Assembly: GCA_949841245.1 (NCBI GenBank)
Contig: CATKYT010000004.1
Location: 1-63,916, forward strand
Direction of reading: 5' to 3'
From: an uncultured Eubacteriales bacterium
GTDB taxonomy: Bacteria > Bacillota > Clostridia > Christensenellales > UBA1242
Length of the DNA stretch: 63,916 nucleotides
Shown: piece after piece, positions 30,588-39,954 of the stretch
Position numbering within the stretch: position 1 is the stretch's first letter
How the letters are laid out: each line of letters opens with the position of its first letter
The notes under the pieces: model-generated
The model's database searches: none
Seen by the model: the letters and a program-made list of their open reading frames with translations, nothing else
Told to the model about the DNA's origin: nothing
Made by a program: the position numbers and the translations under genes

Positions 30588-33209
30588 TTAAAGTTCACGT
30601 TCGCCACCTGGAACAAATAAATACTTATCACCATTTTCAGCAACTGCAGCTGTTGTAGTATTTTCATTTTCGTCTTCAACTGGTTTAACAGTGCCGTTAT
30701 TGTCTGTTGTCATATTTTTTTCGGATTCACCTTGTCTGTAACCATTATAGTCAGATTTACCAAGAGCAACTAATACTGCTTTTTGTTCATAGTCAGCATC
30801 GTTATTGAACTTTGTTGCAGAAATTTTGCAACTTCCTTGTGTTGTAATAACACCATTTACAGTGTATTCATAAGTGCAAACATTTACATTATATTCAGCA
30901 TCTGGCTTGCTTACAAAAACATAAACTTCGTTAGCATTTTCCATTTCGCCTTCATGAGCACCTGTAAAGAATTTTGTTCCCAAACATGCTTCAGTTGCAT
31001 TTTCTGTCAAAAGCAAATCATTTACATCGTCCAATGTAACCTTTCCATCGTTTCCTTTGTCAGCTCCAACAACTTTATAAAGTTTTTGACCATCTTCTGA
31101 CTTAACAATTACTGTAACTTTTCCGTCTTTAACTTCTGTTACAACGCTTTGTAAGTCTAACTTTTCACCAAACTTATCTTCAAGTTTTTCAGCAATAGTA
31201 GCATTATTGATGCTTACATCACCGTTTGTGTTTACGTTAGTATCACTATTTGTATTACCATCGCCTTTGTTGTTGCCTTCACTATTATTTGTAATATGAA
31301 TACCAAGAGCTACTGCACCTGTAATCAAACCAAAAGCAACAATTGGTGCAAATATTGCTGCCATAATTTTTAATGTTTTTTTAGTAGCAGGAGAAAGTGG
31401 TTTTTTAGTTCTTTTCTTAACCCCACCTTGTTGTGGAACAACTAGTGCGTTTTCTTTTTCTTCCTGAGCATGCAAATCTCTAAGGTGTTTATTTACAATG
31501 TCAACAACTTGATTTTTAACAGGTGGCATTTCGCCGTCATATTTTACTTCAAAATTTTTGTTTTCTTTGTAAGCATTTTCAATTTCAACTCGCCATTCTT
31601 CAACATCTTTCCCACCAAATACATGTTTCATTTCAAGAGCAAGAGTTCTTACAATTACATCATGTTTTTCTTTGTTTGAAGCATATCTCAAAGCATCTTG
31701 AATTGTCCATGAAATCAACTTTTTATTGAGATCCAAAACATAATTTTGAGTTCCTTCTTCCGTAGCTTCATATCTTTTTCCACTATCTATTGCTTTGCGA
31801 ATTTCTGCTTCCCAGTCTGCCTTTTTGAAGTCTAAATTCCATTTTCCAGTTAATGTTTCAGCAAGAGCAGAGATTTCATAATCTCTGTTTTCTTCATAAT
31901 GAATATCAGAAATAAATCTATTCAAATCGTTGACAAGGACTTTTTGTTCTTCACTTATATTTTCAGTAGAAACGGCAGTTTCTTTTCCAGTTTTTCCATA
32001 AACTCTTGTAATTTCAGCCAACCAAGTTTTTACAGTTTTTTTGCCACCCAACTTAGCCAAATTTTCAGCATATACTTCAAAAACAGTCTTCAAATTATCT
32101 TGTGCTTCAACTCCACGAACAGCATTTTTAATTTGCAAATCAATTAAATCTCTGTTTGCATTTAAAAAGGCTTGTTTTTGTGTAGCACTGTAAGGAACTT
32201 GTGAATCAATTACGAATAATTGACCATTTTCTACAAGATTAAGAATTTCTTCTTCCCAACCTTTTTGGTCACGACCAGTATCCAATTTTAAATTAACAAA
32301 TCTTCCTGCAAGTTTAGAAACCAAGTCTTCCACTTCTTCTTCATAATGGAAGTTTTCAAAATGACTGTTAACCAAATCAACAACATTTTGTTGTTCTTCA
32401 GTCAATTCAACTGGTTGTTTGTTTTCATCTATAAAATTGTATTGCAAACCATTATTATAATTTTTTCTAACATTTTCAACAGTTAACAAATTTTCAACTT
32501 CAGGAAAAACTCTTTGCAATTCATATGAAAACAATTTAAACGCAGCGTTGCGTCTTTCATCAAGTGGAATTTTTCTGAAATCATCTGAATATTCTGCTTC
32601 ATCTAAAAGGTACTTAAGATAATTTCCATATTTTAAAGTAAAATCAACATCATTTGATGAATTTACAGGTTTTGGTTCTGTTTTAACTTCTGGTTGTGCA
32701 GGTTGTTGTTCAACAACTGGTGCTTCTGCTGGTTCATTTACCACAGCAGGTTCTGTTTCAACCACTTGTTCTTCAACGACTGGTTGTGTTGGTTGTTCAA
32801 CTGGTTGACCTTCTTGTGCAACAACACCTTGTTTGATTTCATTTTCGTTCATTTTTTCATCCCCCTTTTTGTTTGCCGCTTGATTTATTTTTCTCTTAGT
32901 TTTAAATTCTTTAATTTTTGCTATAATCTGATCGTTATATACATGATCTTCACGGTCTAATGAATCTTTATCTCCTATTTCAACTTGACTTAAACTTGGA
33001 TTATCCAATTTAAATTTGCTGAACTTAACAGCATTTACTTCTCCCGTAGCTGAATTATCACTGAAAGTTCTATAATAAACATTAAGAGTTGATTCGTCAA
33101 TTAAGAAAATGTATTCTGTTCCACCACTTGAACGACCAATAAAAGTTTTATCTTTATTTTCTTCAAGTTGACATAACTCATTAAATCTCTTTTTACTTGG
33201 TTTTGCCAT
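30588..33209 (-). CDS. Single-pass membrane protein (873 aa) with a repeated cytoplasmic module; unknown function
   Basis: GGGAGGTG RBS. E/P/Q/V-rich linker (aa ~128-182). Three copies of a motif ending in ...HYEEE / ...HYEEN / ...HAQEE. TM at aa ~613-638 (31296-31373). About 235-aa C-terminal ectodomain. Confidence 0.85.
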   Translation of the reverse strand: MAKPSKKRFNELCQLEENKDKTFIGRSSGGTEYIFLIDESTLNVYYRTFSDNSATGEVNAVKFSKFKLDNPSLSQVEIGDKDSLDREDHVYNDQIIAKIKEFKTKRKINQAANKKGDEKMNENEIKQGVVAQEGQPVEQPTQPVVEEQVVETEPAVVNEPAEAPVVEQQPAQPEVKTEPKPVNSSNDVDFTLKYGNYLKYLLDEAEYSDDFRKIPLDERRNAAFKLFSYELQRVFPEVENLLTVENVRKNYNNGLQYNFIDENKQPVELTEEQQNVVDLVNSHFENFHYEEEVEDLVSKLAGRFVNLKLDTGRDQKGWEEEILNLVENGQLFVIDSQVPYSATQKQAFLNANRDLIDLQIKNAVRGVEAQDNLKTVFEVYAENLAKLGGKKTVKTWLAEITRVYGKTGKETAVSTENISEEQKVLVNDLNRFISDIHYEENRDYEISALAETLTGKWNLDFKKADWEAEIRKAIDSGKRYEATEEGTQNYVLDLNKKLISWTIQDALRYASNKEKHDVIVRTLALEMKHVFGGKDVEEWRVEIENAYKENKNFEVKYDGEMPPVKNQVVDIVNKHLRDLHAQEEKENALVVPQQGGVKKRTKKPLSPATKKTLKIMAAIFAPIVAFGLITGAVALGIHITNNSEGNNKGDGNTNSDTNVNTNGDVSINNATIAEKLEDKFGEKLDLQSVVTEVKDGKVTVIVKSEDGQKLYKVVGADKGNDGKVTLDDVNDLLLTENATEACLGTKFFTGAHEGEMENANEVYVFVSKPDAEYNVNVCTYEYTVNGVITTQGSCKISATKFNNDADYEQKAVLVALGKSDYNGYRQGESEKNMTTDNNGTVKPVEDENENTTTAAVAENGDKYLFVPGGEREL

Positions 33210-33242
33210 AATTCACCTCCCTGAATTACTTTTCTTGACTAT

Positions 33243-33271
33243 ATTATAATACAATTTCGCAATTCTGTCAA
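33243..33271 (-). promoter_or_regulatory. Consensus sigma-A promoter for the 873-aa gene
   Basis: Minus-strand TTGACA (33271-33266), 17-nt spacer, TATAAT (33248-33243). Confidence 0.75.
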
Positions 33272-33376
33272 TACCCTTTTTCAAAAAATAGTGCTTGTTT
33301 TACAAATAATTACGAATTTTGTCAATATATTTAATCTTTATTGTTTATATGCCAAATGCTTGATAAATAATTACAA

Positions 33377-33973
33377 TTACATATCAACAATTTTTTCATC
33401 TAAATATGTCGCCATATAGTCAGCAACATGAAAGAGAAAAGCAATTGGATAATTAATGAAAACATTTTTCAATAATAAAGGATTGTTTTTGACGCGATCA
33501 TCAAAACTGCCCATATGCCAATTGATTGCCATGGCTTCTTCGCGAGAAAGTCGCATGAAACCAGAAATCATATAAACCGACTTTTCGCCATGACCATAAG
33601 GCAAGGAATCAGCAATTTTATAATATGGTTTTTGCACCCATTGTCCATCAACCTTAACATTTCGCATTTCCACGGTGTAATAATTTGTTTTGCAAACATC
33701 ATGCAAAAGAGCAATTATTGCCACACTTTCAAGCGAAACCACCTTTTGCCAATCTTGACCATATTCACTTTCCAAAATTTTGACAAAGCGTTTAAAAACA
33801 TTGATACTATGTAAACATAATCCACCTTCAAAGTTGGAATGCGACCTTGTGGATGCAGGTGTCGTGAAAAAGTCAGACTTTTCCAAAAAGTTTAAAAGTT
33901 CTTCTGCCCCATCTCTTTCTATGCTGTCATAAAATATATCTAAATATTCCTGTTTAATTTGATCTAAATCCAT
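33377..33973 (-). CDS. HD-domain phosphohydrolase
   Basis: 198 aa. H...HD signature (LHSINV ... ALLHDVCK). AAGGAG RBS. Confidence 0.8.
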   Translation of the reverse strand: MDLDQIKQEYLDIFYDSIERDGAEELLNFLEKSDFFTTPASTRSHSNFEGGLCLHSINVFKRFVKILESEYGQDWQKVVSLESVAIIALLHDVCKTNYYTVEMRNVKVDGQWVQKPYYKIADSLPYGHGEKSVYMISGFMRLSREEAMAINWHMGSFDDRVKNNPLLLKNVFINYPIAFLFHVADYMATYLDEKIVDM

Positions 33974-33993
33974 GATAAACTCCTTGTTTTATT

Positions 33994-34926
33994 TTAACAA
34001 TATAAAATACCAAAAATCAAATAATATAAAGCATTTTCCACTTGCATTTGACCATTTTTAATGAAAAAATCCACATCGTCCAACATTTCATAAATGTTTT
34101 TAAGTTGCAACTTAGAAAAGTTTTTGGCAAGTGTTTTTGCTTTGACAATTGCAAATTCTTTAACCCCTAAAACTTCCGCCAATTCTTTATCAGGCAAATC
34201 CGAGATTGCCACAAAAAATAATCTGCGAAAATGATTCAAAACCAAAGTAAATGTTTTGGTGTCTTTATCCATAAGGTTTAAAAGTGAAACTGCTTTTTGG
34301 CTGTCACGCTTGGAAAGAGCATCTGTAAGTTCAAACACAGTAAACTCAGTTTCTTTACAAACCATGCTTTCCACAATTTTTTCAGTTATTTCAAAATCGT
34401 CACAAGCACAAAGTTTGTCCACTTCATTTTTAATTAAAGAATAATAACTACAACAAGATTCAATCAATTTTTCACAGGCTTCTTTTGTTATGGTTTTTCC
34501 TTGTTTTTTAAGTGCAGAAGCAACAAGTTCTTGCAGACTTTTTTCATCCAGACGCTTGGCCGAAACGACATCACAAATGACGAAATCAAATTTGTTGTAA
34601 AAATCAAAGATGACAAGACAAGTGCTTTCCACCGGCTTTTTCATATATTCTTTCAATTTTTTCTTAAAATTTTCATTCGGTTTTGTCAAATTTTTAAGCA
34701 AGATGATTTTTTTATCACTTGCTATTGGCAAAGTTTCACATGCATCTATGATGGCATCCCCGTCAAAACTGTCATCATCAAAGGAAAGAAAATTAAATTC
34801 TTCCAGTTGCAAATCACATGCCCCTTTAATCAGTTCCAATGCTTTGTCATAAAGCAAAACATCTTCTCCCTGCACCAAATAAATAGGTTGAATTTTTTTC
34901 TGTAATCTTGACTTTAAAGTTTTCAA
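33994..34926 (-). CDS. holA: DNA polymerase III delta subunit
   Basis: Delta-subunit layout (IYLVQGED start, about 310 aa). Start set at the TTG at 34926-34924 behind GGAGGTG, overlapping the comEC TGA as TTGA; the ORF track starts at 34941. comEC-holA adjacency is common in Bacillota. Confidence 0.85.
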   Translation of the reverse strand: MKTLKSRLQKKIQPIYLVQGEDVLLYDKALELIKGACDLQLEEFNFLSFDDDSFDGDAIIDACETLPIASDKKIILLKNLTKPNENFKKKLKEYMKKPVESTCLVIFDFYNKFDFVICDVVSAKRLDEKSLQELVASALKKQGKTITKEACEKLIESCCSYYSLIKNEVDKLCACDDFEITEKIVESMVCKETEFTVFELTDALSKRDSQKAVSLLNLMDKDTKTFTLVLNHFRRLFFVAISDLPDKELAEVLGVKEFAIVKAKTLAKNFSKLQLKNIYEMLDDVDFFIKNGQMQVENALYYLIFGILYC

Positions 34927-37043
34927 TCTAAACACCTCCACTGATAATTTTTCCCGTCTATTGTATATGTAAAATTTCCAAATTGACTGAATGAATAATC
35001 TATGCCTTCCCCTTTATAATAACTTAAAATATTGCTTTTGTCTGAAAAATAAGAAGTGTAACCAATTTTTTTATCCAGAATTACAAAATCATAGTTTTCA
35101 TTTTGCAGACTCTCCAATTCTTGTTTTGTGTGATTTTTGTTTTTCAAAATAAAAACTTTGGTGTCATCAAAACAGATTTCCAGACCCACCAATTTCTTTT
35201 CTTCTCCAAAGAAGATGTATTCATATGAAAAACCAGCAACTGTTCCAGCAGTGCTTAAAACTTCTTCATCATAGCCTTCAAGTTTGTCACATCGAATCAC
35301 CCTTCCATTGCAAACTTTGCGAACAGCATCTATTTTAATTGTTGCCTTTTGCAAAACAAAAGTTGCATCAACATTTTTAATATTATGTGATTTTAAAACT
35401 CTTTGAGTAAAATCAGCATAACTGACATCCACCAACACACTGTTACCCTGCGAATTGGTCAACAGCACAACTTCATCTGTGTAATTATAATTTAAACTCA
35501 ACGCAGATTGCGGAGCAGTTGGAATGTAAAGACACCCAAAAATTACCAGACAAATGCAAGTCAAGGCCGAACAACAAATTGTTCTGACTTTTCTGTTCAC
35601 AATGAAAAACTTACTTAACAAAAACACCAAAAGACATATCAATGCCACAAGTGTGAAATTAACTGGTTTAAGTTCTAAGATTAAATTTGTTTTGGCAAAA
35701 AAATCGGCGATGCCAGTGGACAACGAAAATCCCCATCCGCACATTGAAAGAAGGAAACCCATGAAAGGTAAAACAAGACAGATAAGTGTGCTGACAAACA
35801 AGAATGGATAAACCACAGAGAAAAGTGGAATCACCAACAAATTAGCAAATGGAGTTAAGAAATTTAATGTTGAATAAAACTGCGAAATGAATGGCAAAAT
35901 TCCAATCTGGGCAGAGATTGAAATGGCCAAAGAATTTGCCACGACATTTGGCAATGCTTTGTTAAAAATTTTTGAAAGCCAAGGATAGATAAAGAAAATT
36001 GCCATAACACAGAAGAAACTCATCAGAAATCCATTGTCAAGAGCTGACAAAGGAGAAATCAACAAAATAATTATGCCAGAAAGACCAAGTGAGTTTAAAC
36101 TGTCGTAACATTTCCCCGAAAGTTTTGTGCAAAGAAGCACCAGTCCCATAATTCCTGCTCGCAAAACTGATGGTGCAAATCCACAAAGATAAGCATAAAC
36201 ACCTAAGATTAAGGCACAAGCAAGAAAATTCCAAATCCCCCTAACCTTCAACTTTTTTAAAACGAACCCTATCAGTGCGATTAAAAATCCGACATGTAAA
36301 CCACTGACAGTTAACAAATGTATTAAGCCAGTCAATTTGTAGGTGTCATAAATTTCATCGGACACTTCACTTTTGTCGCCAAACAAAACTGCAAAAGCTA
36401 TGGAACCATTTTCACTGCCCATATTTTTATAAAGTAAATCCTTAACTTTCAGCCTGAACTTTTCATCAAACTTGATGCTTGTTCCATCAACTTCAATTTC
36501 TTTGCAAGAAACTTGACTTGTGTAAGGTGTTCCGTCGCGATAGAACCATAGATTAAAATCATTAAAAGTAAAAAGTTTACTGTTTTCAACTTCTGCTTTA
36601 AAAGTGATGATGTCACCAATATTGATTTTTTCATCTTGTGAAAGATTAATTTTTAAACGAATGTTGCCAGACTTTTCTCCATCAATTTCTACATCTTTTA
36701 AAATGACAGTCACTTGATTGCCATATTGATTGTAAGAAACATCATCTGAAATGCGACCAGAAACTTGAACTTGACTTGAAAATTCCTGAACTTGAAAATT
36801 GGAAATTCCAAAAAAATACCATCCTATACCAAAACCAAAGAAAGCCAGAATGACTAAAAGAAAAATAAATTGTTTTTGAAAGATGCAAAGTCCAGCAAAT
36901 AACGCAAGAAGTGATGCCACCAAAATTATGTATTCAATTTTACCTGAAAAAACAAACCTTGTCGTTGAGATTGCCAACAACAAAGCCAAAAAGCCAAAAA
37001 ACAATGGTCTTGCATGAAAAAACTTCTTATTTTTAGAATTCAT
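34923..37043 (-). CDS. comEC: ComEC/Rec2 family DNA internalization channel protein
   Basis: N-terminal TMs plus an OB-like DUF4131 region. Polytopic competence domain (LTVSGLHVG, LLISPLSALDNGFLMSF). The C-terminal region lacks an obvious HxHxDH metallo-beta-lactamase motif. Start set at MNSKNKK (37043). TGA stop. Confidence 0.88.
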   Translation of the reverse strand: MNSKNKKFFHARPLFFGFLALLLAISTTRFVFSGKIEYIILVASLLALFAGLCIFQKQFIFLLVILAFFGFGIGWYFFGISNFQVQEFSSQVQVSGRISDDVSYNQYGNQVTVILKDVEIDGEKSGNIRLKINLSQDEKINIGDIITFKAEVENSKLFTFNDFNLWFYRDGTPYTSQVSCKEIEVDGTSIKFDEKFRLKVKDLLYKNMGSENGSIAFAVLFGDKSEVSDEIYDTYKLTGLIHLLTVSGLHVGFLIALIGFVLKKLKVRGIWNFLACALILGVYAYLCGFAPSVLRAGIMGLVLLCTKLSGKCYDSLNSLGLSGIIILLISPLSALDNGFLMSFFCVMAIFFIYPWLSKIFNKALPNVVANSLAISISAQIGILPFISQFYSTLNFLTPFANLLVIPLFSVVYPFLFVSTLICLVLPFMGFLLSMCGWGFSLSTGIADFFAKTNLILELKPVNFTLVALICLLVFLLSKFFIVNRKVRTICCSALTCICLVIFGCLYIPTAPQSALSLNYNYTDEVVLLTNSQGNSVLVDVSYADFTQRVLKSHNIKNVDATFVLQKATIKIDAVRKVCNGRVIRCDKLEGYDEEVLSTAGTVAGFSYEYIFFGEEKKLVGLEICFDDTKVFILKNKNHTKQELESLQNENYDFVILDKKIGYTSYFSDKSNILSYYKGEGIDYSFSQFGNFTYTIDGKNYQWRCLD

Positions 37044-37213
37044 TATCGTTTCAAGAAAATAATAACACAAAAACACAAGATTTTGCAAGCAACATCAAAA
37101 AACTTGCAAAATAAAATGTGTTATGCTACAATTTCATTGAAAAAATGATGTTAAAATAAAACATTTCAATTTGAATTGGTTTAATTGAAACAAAATTTTG
37201 CATAAAAAATAAT

Positions 37214-37296
<83 letters not shown>

Positions 37297-37441
37297 ACTA
37301 ATATAAAACGATATTATACATATAAATTTATAAATACAAAACCTTATTAACTTAAAAAACCTTATATAAATTAAGGTTTTTTATCATAAAAATTAAATAA
37401 GGTTGATTGTTTTTTAAATTTTGTTGTGTTATAATTCATCT

Positions 37442-37999
37442 ATGAATTTTGTTATTTCTCAAATTTCTGGCGGTATTGCACTTTTATTGGTTTGCATAAG
37501 TTATTTTCTTAAAAACAAATCCACTTTTTTGATTATTCAAATTATTTCAAATTTGTTTTATGGTGCTTCTTTTATTTTTATGGGATCTTTGGTTGCTGGC
37601 TTAATTACTTTAGTTTCAATCTTTCGATGTTTTTACATCTATTTTTGTGAAAAATTTAATTTTAAATACACAGCATACTATCTTCCAATATTCTTCTGCT
37701 TTTACATTACATTAGGCATTTTGTTTTGGAAATCATGGTTTGACATCATTCCAATTTGCACAAGCATTATGTTTACATTTGGATTTTACATAAAAAATCT
37801 TCAATTGATGAGATTCATTCTGATTTTTCCAAATGCGTTGATTATGATTTATTGCATCCTTTGCAAGACATACACAAATGCGATACTGGATTTTATAGAA
37901 CTCAGTGTCATCATTGTTTCAATTATATATTTTATAATCTTAAACCGACCAAAACAAGATAAAGCATATAAAATCATTAAAAATATATTGTTAAGTTGA
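37442..37999 (+). CDS. YgjV-like inner membrane protein
   Basis: Five or six TM segments resembling the YgjV family and the N-terminal half of the 61437-62813 gene. Start set at MNFVISQ (37442), only about 7 nt after a TGTTATAAT extended -10, so it may be leaderless. Confidence 0.65.
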   Translation: MNFVISQISGGIALLLVCISYFLKNKSTFLIIQIISNLFYGASFIFMGSLVAGLITLVSIFRCFYIYFCEKFNFKYTAYYLPIFFCFYITLGILFWKSWFDIIPICTSIMFTFGFYIKNLQLMRFILIFPNALIMIYCILCKTYTNAILDFIELSVIIVSIIYFIILNRPKQDKAYKIIKNILLS

Positions 38000-38069
38000 A
38001 ACATAACAGCATTTAGTTTCTCAGACATATATAAAAAAGTCGTTGCTGAAATAAAAAAAGACTGCATTT

Positions 38070-39110
38070 TCAGTCTTCTTTGTTGTTTAGTTTTTTCTTA
38101 GTTTTTTCTTGATTTTTATTTGTTTTTGATTCCGATTTATTTTCAATTTTAACCACTTCTTCTTTCTTAGATTTTTTACTTTCTTTTTTCTTATGGTTGA
38201 AAATTTTAGTCAAGGATTCCAAAGAATTTTCTTCTTTTTCAGGTCTTTCTTTTTCCACACGTTTTGGCAAAGATTTACCTGCAACAGGCATCACAACCTT
38301 ATCTTTACGCTCACGAATTTCAAGTTGATTATAAGGCACTGAAATGTTTTTGCGTTTAAATTCATTATAAACATTTTCTGTTACATAATAATAAACATCC
38401 CAATAATCTTCATTGTCACACCAACAATTTGCAGCAAAATCTATACTGCTTGCGTTTAAAACTTTAAGTCTGCAAAATGGAGCAGGTTCAAGATATACTT
38501 TTCCATTGCTTACCATTACATCTGTAATTATTTTCTTAACTGTTTCAACATCACTTTCATAAGCCGCAGAAAACATGAAATCAACTCTGCGTTTTGGAAA
38601 TGCCCCAAGGTTTGTAACGCTGTTGTTTAACAAATCACTGTTTGGCATTGTGATTTTTTTATTGTCATTTGTAATCAAGGTTGTAAACATGAAATTTATG
38701 TCTGAAATTTTTCCTTCCACACCGCTTGTAATTATGTAATCACCTTTTTTAAACATACGGCTGGAAATAATGATTATTCCATTTGCCACATTGGAGATGG
38801 CGTTTTGTAAAGCCATACCAACAGCCAATATAACAGCACTAAATGCAGTTAAAATTCCAGTCACTTCGACCCCAAGTTGTGACAACAGCAACAGAACAAG
38901 CAAAAGCCATAAAATAAATTTCAAAATAGTGCAAATAAATTGTTGAGCAATTTTTTCCATTCTTGTATGCTTCAAAACTTTTCTTATAACAGCCAACAAA
39001 ATTTTAATGACAATTATTCCAATAACAAGAATGGCAAAAAACCAAACTATATTCCAAACATTTGTTTTGAAATAAGTGCAAATATTATCCCAAATTTTCG
39101 CCCAATCCAT
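38070..39110 (-). CDS. Small-conductance mechanosensitive channel (MscS family)
   Basis: 346 aa. Three N-terminal TMs, MscS beta-domain motif (GDYIITSGVEGKISDINFMFTTL...ITMPNS), K/E-rich tail. The TGA stop lies inside the terminator stem. Confidence 0.88.
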   Translation of the reverse strand: MDWAKIWDNICTYFKTNVWNIVWFFAILVIGIIVIKILLAVIRKVLKHTRMEKIAQQFICTILKFILWLLLVLLLLSQLGVEVTGILTAFSAVILAVGMALQNAISNVANGIIIISSRMFKKGDYIITSGVEGKISDINFMFTTLITNDNKKITMPNSDLLNNSVTNLGAFPKRRVDFMFSAAYESDVETVKKIITDVMVSNGKVYLEPAPFCRLKVLNASSIDFAANCWCDNEDYWDVYYYVTENVYNEFKRKNISVPYNQLEIRERKDKVVMPVAGKSLPKRVEKERPEKEENSLESLTKIFNHKKKESKKSKKEEVVKIENKSESKTNKNQEKTKKKLNNKED

Positions 39111-39193
39111 AAGTTTTCTCCTTTGTTTTCAAAAAAATTATACAATTCCAATTTTTATATGTCAAACAAAATAATAAAAAAAAGACTGAATTC

Positions 39194-39874
39194 TCAGTCT
39201 TTTTTTTCACTTGGAAAAAACTTTCTGTCTGCTTTAAATTTTTCACAATCCAAAATGTTGTTTGAAGAAAGAAAATCATAAATTTGATTAAAATTATGTT
39301 GGTTGAAATGTAAAGTTTGCATTCTCCCACTGCCGCACATTTTTGCCGGCTGAATGTCATGTGAATAACTGTCACCAATAACCAACATTTCTTCAGATTT
39401 ATTATTTTCTTGTTTCATAATTTTTTCAAACAAATCTCCTTTTGATTTGTTTTTAATTAAATCCATACAAACAACATCTTTAAAAACACTTACATCAATT
39501 TGATATTTATTAAAATAAAAATTCAAATATTTCTTTTGCGACATAGAAACAACATATAAACTATAATGTTTTGCCAACTCTCTGAAAAACGAATTTGGCA
39601 AAAGTTCAATCTTGTCTTTAATTATATGTTGAAAAACTGACTGCGAAAAATTATCTGACAATTTCTTACCATCAAGACCTTCAAGAAAACATATATCAAC
39701 CAAGTCTTTAATATCTTTTTTGTTTACTTCATATTTTTTTATTAACATTTCATATTTTTGTGCACCATCTTCAAAAGTTTCCATGAACAAAGATTTATCC
39801 CAAATTTTCCCAGTATTTCCAACATTTCCAATATACATTGTTTGGTCAAAATCAAAAATTATAGTCTTTAACAT
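39194..39874 (-). CDS. HAD-superfamily hydrolase
   Basis: Motif I IIFDFDQTMY and motif IV-like VIGDSYSHD. Start set at MLKTIIF (39874) behind GAGGGA. The TGA stop lies inside the terminator stem. Confidence 0.8.
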   Translation of the reverse strand: MLKTIIFDFDQTMYIGNVGNTGKIWDKSLFMETFEDGAQKYEMLIKKYEVNKKDIKDLVDICFLEGLDGKKLSDNFSQSVFQHIIKDKIELLPNSFFRELAKHYSLYVVSMSQKKYLNFYFNKYQIDVSVFKDVVCMDLIKNKSKGDLFEKIMKQENNKSEEMLVIGDSYSHDIQPAKMCGSGRMQTLHFNQHNFNQIYDFLSSNNILDCEKFKADRKFFPSEKKD

Positions 39875-39954
39875 AATTTCCCTCACACATATTATAATAA
39901 CAAATTTTATAATATTTTCAAAATAAAAAAGCAATCAATTTGATTGCTTTTATA

